Below the pieces are notes generated by a model. The model was given only the letters and a program-made list of their open reading frames with translations. It did no database searches and was not told where the DNA came from. Shown piece after piece: positions 27,219-30,347 of a DNA stretch of 30,347 nt (positions are counted from its first letter, which is position 1; each line of letters starts with the position of its first letter). A program made the position numbers and the translations under genes. The stretch spans positions 1-30,347 of the forward strand of contig JBDKRC010000069.1 of assembly GCA_039683575.1 (NCBI GenBank), read 5' to 3'. The stretch is from Armatimonadia bacterium (lineage in GTDB: Bacteria; Armatimonadota; Zipacnadia; Zipacnadales; UBA11051).

Positions 27219-27257
27219 AAGCCTGCGTACCTGTTTAGATACGCAGGCTTTGTTTTT
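27219..27257 (+). terminator. Intrinsic terminator downstream of paralogue D
   Basis: AAGCCTGCGTA...TACGCAGGCTT followed by TGTTTTT. Confidence 0.8.
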
Positions 27258-27344
27258 GCCCTGAAGGTCTGCGTCCGCCCCTGCTGGAACACCCACTGCC
27301 GGGGCCCTTGCCGTTTTGCTAAGCTCGCCGTGGAGGTTTTGGTA

Positions 27345-29993
27345 ATGCTGTTGCGCAACACGCTCGTCGTCGCCGCAATCCTGCTGTCGCCCCTGGTTCA
27401 GGCCCAGGACCTGTCTCTGGTCAAGCAGGAAATCCGCATCCCCCGCGGCGAGAGCCGCTCCTTCGAGTTCAGCACGGTCCCCCAGAAAGACCATACCATT
27501 CTGCTGGACATCATGGCCCGCCTCGATTCCGACACCTATGGCGGCTCGTTGTACTTCATGAAGATCACGCTCAACGGCCGCGTGGTCAAAGCCGCCAAGA
27601 CCCGCACCGCCGTCCGCCTCGTCAACAAGGGCCTGGTCTCGCCTGTAGCCCCCAACACGCCCTACACCTGGTCGGACAACATCGGCTGGCGCGTGCTCTA
27701 CGCCCCGGACTTCGAGGGTGCGCTCAAGCAGACGTTCTATGAGGGCAATCCCTACCAGACCACCCTCGATGTCACCGACCTCACCAATCCCATGTCCGAG
27801 AACCGCCTCACCATCGAGAACACCTGCACCTACAAGCCCCCGGCAGGCTCCAAGGGCAATCATGACCTCGTCATCAAGTCCATGAACGTCATCGTCAAGC
27901 CCGGCGCCAGTCCCATGATGGTCGGCTCAGAAGTCGAACAGGATGTCATCAACCGCGGCACCCCCGGCGCTGGCCCCGCCCCCTATCAGGGCCAGCTCCT
28001 CCCCGGCGGCGGCTTCAGCCTCACCACCGGCGGCAAGACGTACAACTTCGGCGCCGCTTTCTCCTATCCCAACGCCGGCCTGAACCTCCTCAAGGCCGGT
28101 CAGCCCGAGGCCAAGTGCCAGCCCGGCTGGAAGATCACCGTCACCCCCACCAAAGATGGCGGCACGGTCCTCGGCGAAGGCCCCGACTACCGCCTGCAGC
28201 GCAAGGTTCGTTTCACGCCCCGGAAGGTTGAAATAGAGGAGCAGCTCACCAACCTGCACCGCGACGCGAAATTGGGCCTTCTCGTCGAAAACAGCATGGA
28301 TCTGACTGGCGCCAACGCCAACGTCCGCCTCGCCGGCAACGCCGACCCGGCCATCAACGCCTACTACTCCCCCGGCAACCCCTCGGTCTACGTAAACCTG
28401 GGGGCTCAGGGCCTGGGCTTGATCTGCGAAGACGACATCTATCGCAACCAGGCGACCCTCTTCATGGACAACGAGAAGATGACCGCAGGCCTGCGCACCG
28501 ACAAGCTCTGCCTGCAGCCCGGCGGCACCTACACCCTCAAGTGGTCCGTCTACCCCGTCGCTTCCAATGACTACTACGACTTCATCAACCTCGTCCGCCA
28601 GGACTGGGGCAGCAACTACACCGTCAAGGGCGCCTGGACGTTCTTCAGCCCCGACACCATCATCGCCACCCCCGTCGAGGAGATTGCCAGGCAGTTCAAC
28701 GCCCTCGGCATCAAGCACGCCTGCTACTGCGGGGGCTGGGTGGACTGGCCGAAGGACAAAAAGCGCATCGGCTTCGGCACCGGCGTCCTCGACGACTACT
28801 GGGCCAGCTTCCGCGACCGCCTGCGCCAGGCCAGCGACAAGATCCACCAGGCCGTGCCCGACTGCAAGGTATACGTCTACTACGACACCCAGCGCGACAC
28901 CTCCGAGGGCGGTCACGACCGCTTCAAGGATAGCTGGCTGACCGATCCGAAGGGCAACCAGCTCGCCACCGAGTGGGGCGGCGTCTACAGCCTCACCTAC
29001 AGCGTCGTCGCCACCCTCGATAACAGCTACGGTAAGGCCATGCTCAAGGCCGTGGACCGCTACCTCGACGAGATGAAGATCGACGGCCTGTACTGGGACG
29101 AGATGGAAGGCACGGGCTACGGGGCTCCGGAAGTCACCTACAACGTTCCTGACGGCTACTCCTGCGAGCTCGACCCCAAGACCTACACCCTCACCCGCGA
29201 AATCGGTATCAACACAATCATGGGCGAAGGCCACCGCATGGCGGTCATCAAGCGCGTGCGCGAGCTCGGCGGCGACATGATGGGCAATGGCCCCACCGCC
29301 ACCAAAGACATCCTCGCGCTCAAGCCCCAGCGCATGATCGAGATCCAGCACAACGAGTACTGGAACTACGAGGGCAACCTCCAGTCGCCCCTCGGCTACG
29401 CCGGCAGCCGCATGGACTTCGGCAACTGGGTCCGCGCGCTGAAGCTCGGCACGCTTCTCGTGGGCACCCGCTACAACTACACCCACGACATCTTCGCCTA
29501 CTGCTTCCCCTTCACGCCCATCGAACTCCACGCCGGCTATCTGCTCGGCCAGGAGCGCCTCATCACGCTCCACGATGGCAACTACGGCTGGCCCGGCCAG
29601 CGCTGCCTCGTGCAGGCACGCTACTTCGACAAGGATGGCAAGCTCACGGACAAGTCCTTCAAAACCGTGGTAGACAAAGAAGCCCGCACGGCTGTCCAGG
29701 TCACCCCGGACGAAGCCCTGGTCCTCGTCAAGCTGCCCGCAACCATCACCACCGGCCCCGCCACGGTCGAGAACGCCTCCTACGACGCCAACGGCCTGCG
29801 CTGCCTGCTGCAGACCGCCAAAGGCTGCACGCTCAGCCTCAAGTCGGGAGACTTCGCGATCAAGCCCGGCCAGAAGCTCACCGCCAAAATCGGCGATGCA
29901 GTAACCACCCTCACGGCGGACCGCAACGGCGAGGTCAACCTGAAGGTGCCAGCCGCTGCCAACCCCGTCGCGGTCTCAATCGCGGCCCAGTAA
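27345..29993 (+). CDS. Large secreted protein with putative glycoside-hydrolase-like TIM barrel
   Basis: GGAGG RBS and signal peptide MLLRNTLVVAAILLSPLVQA|QD. DYYDFINLVRQDWG and IDGLYWDEMEG candidate catalytic strand. Confidence 0.65.
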   Translation: MLLRNTLVVAAILLSPLVQAQDLSLVKQEIRIPRGESRSFEFSTVPQKDHTILLDIMARLDSDTYGGSLYFMKITLNGRVVKAAKTRTAVRLVNKGLVSPVAPNTPYTWSDNIGWRVLYAPDFEGALKQTFYEGNPYQTTLDVTDLTNPMSENRLTIENTCTYKPPAGSKGNHDLVIKSMNVIVKPGASPMMVGSEVEQDVINRGTPGAGPAPYQGQLLPGGGFSLTTGGKTYNFGAAFSYPNAGLNLLKAGQPEAKCQPGWKITVTPTKDGGTVLGEGPDYRLQRKVRFTPRKVEIEEQLTNLHRDAKLGLLVENSMDLTGANANVRLAGNADPAINAYYSPGNPSVYVNLGAQGLGLICEDDIYRNQATLFMDNEKMTAGLRTDKLCLQPGGTYTLKWSVYPVASNDYYDFINLVRQDWGSNYTVKGAWTFFSPDTIIATPVEEIARQFNALGIKHACYCGGWVDWPKDKKRIGFGTGVLDDYWASFRDRLRQASDKIHQAVPDCKVYVYYDTQRDTSEGGHDRFKDSWLTDPKGNQLATEWGGVYSLTYSVVATLDNSYGKAMLKAVDRYLDEMKIDGLYWDEMEGTGYGAPEVTYNVPDGYSCELDPKTYTLTREIGINTIMGEGHRMAVIKRVRELGGDMMGNGPTATKDILALKPQRMIEIQHNEYWNYEGNLQSPLGYAGSRMDFGNWVRALKLGTLLVGTRYNYTHDIFAYCFPFTPIELHAGYLLGQERLITLHDGNYGWPGQRCLVQARYFDKDGKLTDKSFKTVVDKEARTAVQVTPDEALVLVKLPATITTGPATVENASYDANGLRCLLQTAKGCTLSLKSGDFAIKPGQKLTAKIGDAVTTLTADRNGEVNLKVPAAANPVAVSIAAQ

Positions 29994-30005
29994 GCCCACA
30001 AAGGA

Positions 30006-30036
30006 CAGGAGGGAGACCATCATGGTCTCCCTCCTG
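30006..30036. terminator. Perfect 15-bp-arm palindrome after the stop codon (terminator or REP-like)
   Basis: CAGGAGGGAGACCAT-c-ATGGTCTCCCTCCTG. Confidence 0.65.
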
Positions 30037-30149
30037 CCTGAACCATAGGCGCGCAAAGCGAGGACCGCTCCGCCGGGCATCCCCACCCGCATCCGTTGCC
30101 GGCCGCCTCCGGCTCCCCTTCCTCTGGTAAGGGGCTGGAGGTAGGACGT

Positions 30150-30177
30150 CGTAGCTTTGCCGTAGCTTTGCCGTAGC
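30150..30177. repeat. 11-bp tandem repeat (2.5 copies)
   Basis: CGTAGCTTTGC CGTAGCTTTGC CGTAGC. Confidence 0.75.
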
Positions 30178-30240
30178 CGCACGCCGTTGCCGTCAGGCCC
30201 GAAGGGCCGTCCGGCATCTAGCCAGGGCCGCAAGGTTACG

Positions 30241-30347
30241 TTAAGACACCCAGTTTGCCTGCCGCGCGCCGATTTGGCGTAGGCTCAGGATGTTGAGCTT
30301 CCGCTGTTGCAGGCTGATCTGGCGCCGAAAAGGTGCGCCTGCCACGA
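30241..30347 (-). CDS. Possible 3' end of a gene entering from the right edge (perhaps mobile-element encoded)
   Basis: Open frame ...APFRRQISLQQRKLNILSLRQIGARQANWVS* ending at TAA 30241; too short to assign. Confidence 0.25.
   Translation of the reverse strand, partial: VAGAPFRRQISLQQRKLNILSLRQIGARQANWVS

Noticed and set aside
27927-29573. Long antisense or alternate-frame ORFs (also 9224..10426, 11510..12694, 15457..16365, 18289..19452, 23336..24949)
   Set aside because: They are shadows of high-GC genes that have clear family motifs on the other strand, and they have no recognisable motifs of their own.
30236-30347. Group II intron 3' end
   Set aside because: No domain V/VI sequence is visible on either strand.

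Overview
GC-rich bacterial window with about 23 protein-coding genes. It is most likely Armatimonadota or similar, inferred from the [39 protein letters not shown]...Y.QDYDE style of its pilin-like proteins. No rRNA, tRNA, CRISPR array or complete transposase is visible. The core is a carbohydrate-utilisation-like neighbourhood. It holds four DUF1559/H-X9-DG prepilin-like paralogues (one solo, three in tandem) next to four large secreted glycanase-like proteins, plus cytosolic sugar-catabolic enzymes (KdgK, three Gfo/Idh/MocA dehydrogenases, an iron-containing ADH, a cupin and an FAD oxidoreductase). No ABC or TonB transporter lies in the window. The non-coding DNA carries a recurring sigma-H-like promoter motif (AGG[A/T/G]-N17/18-GAA) ahead of eight genes, a TATGACAA box shared by both pilin loci, several REP-like palindromes, a 108-bp tandem duplication, and a possibly interrupted REP at the right edge. 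All family calls come from motif recognition by eye, not from database searches.
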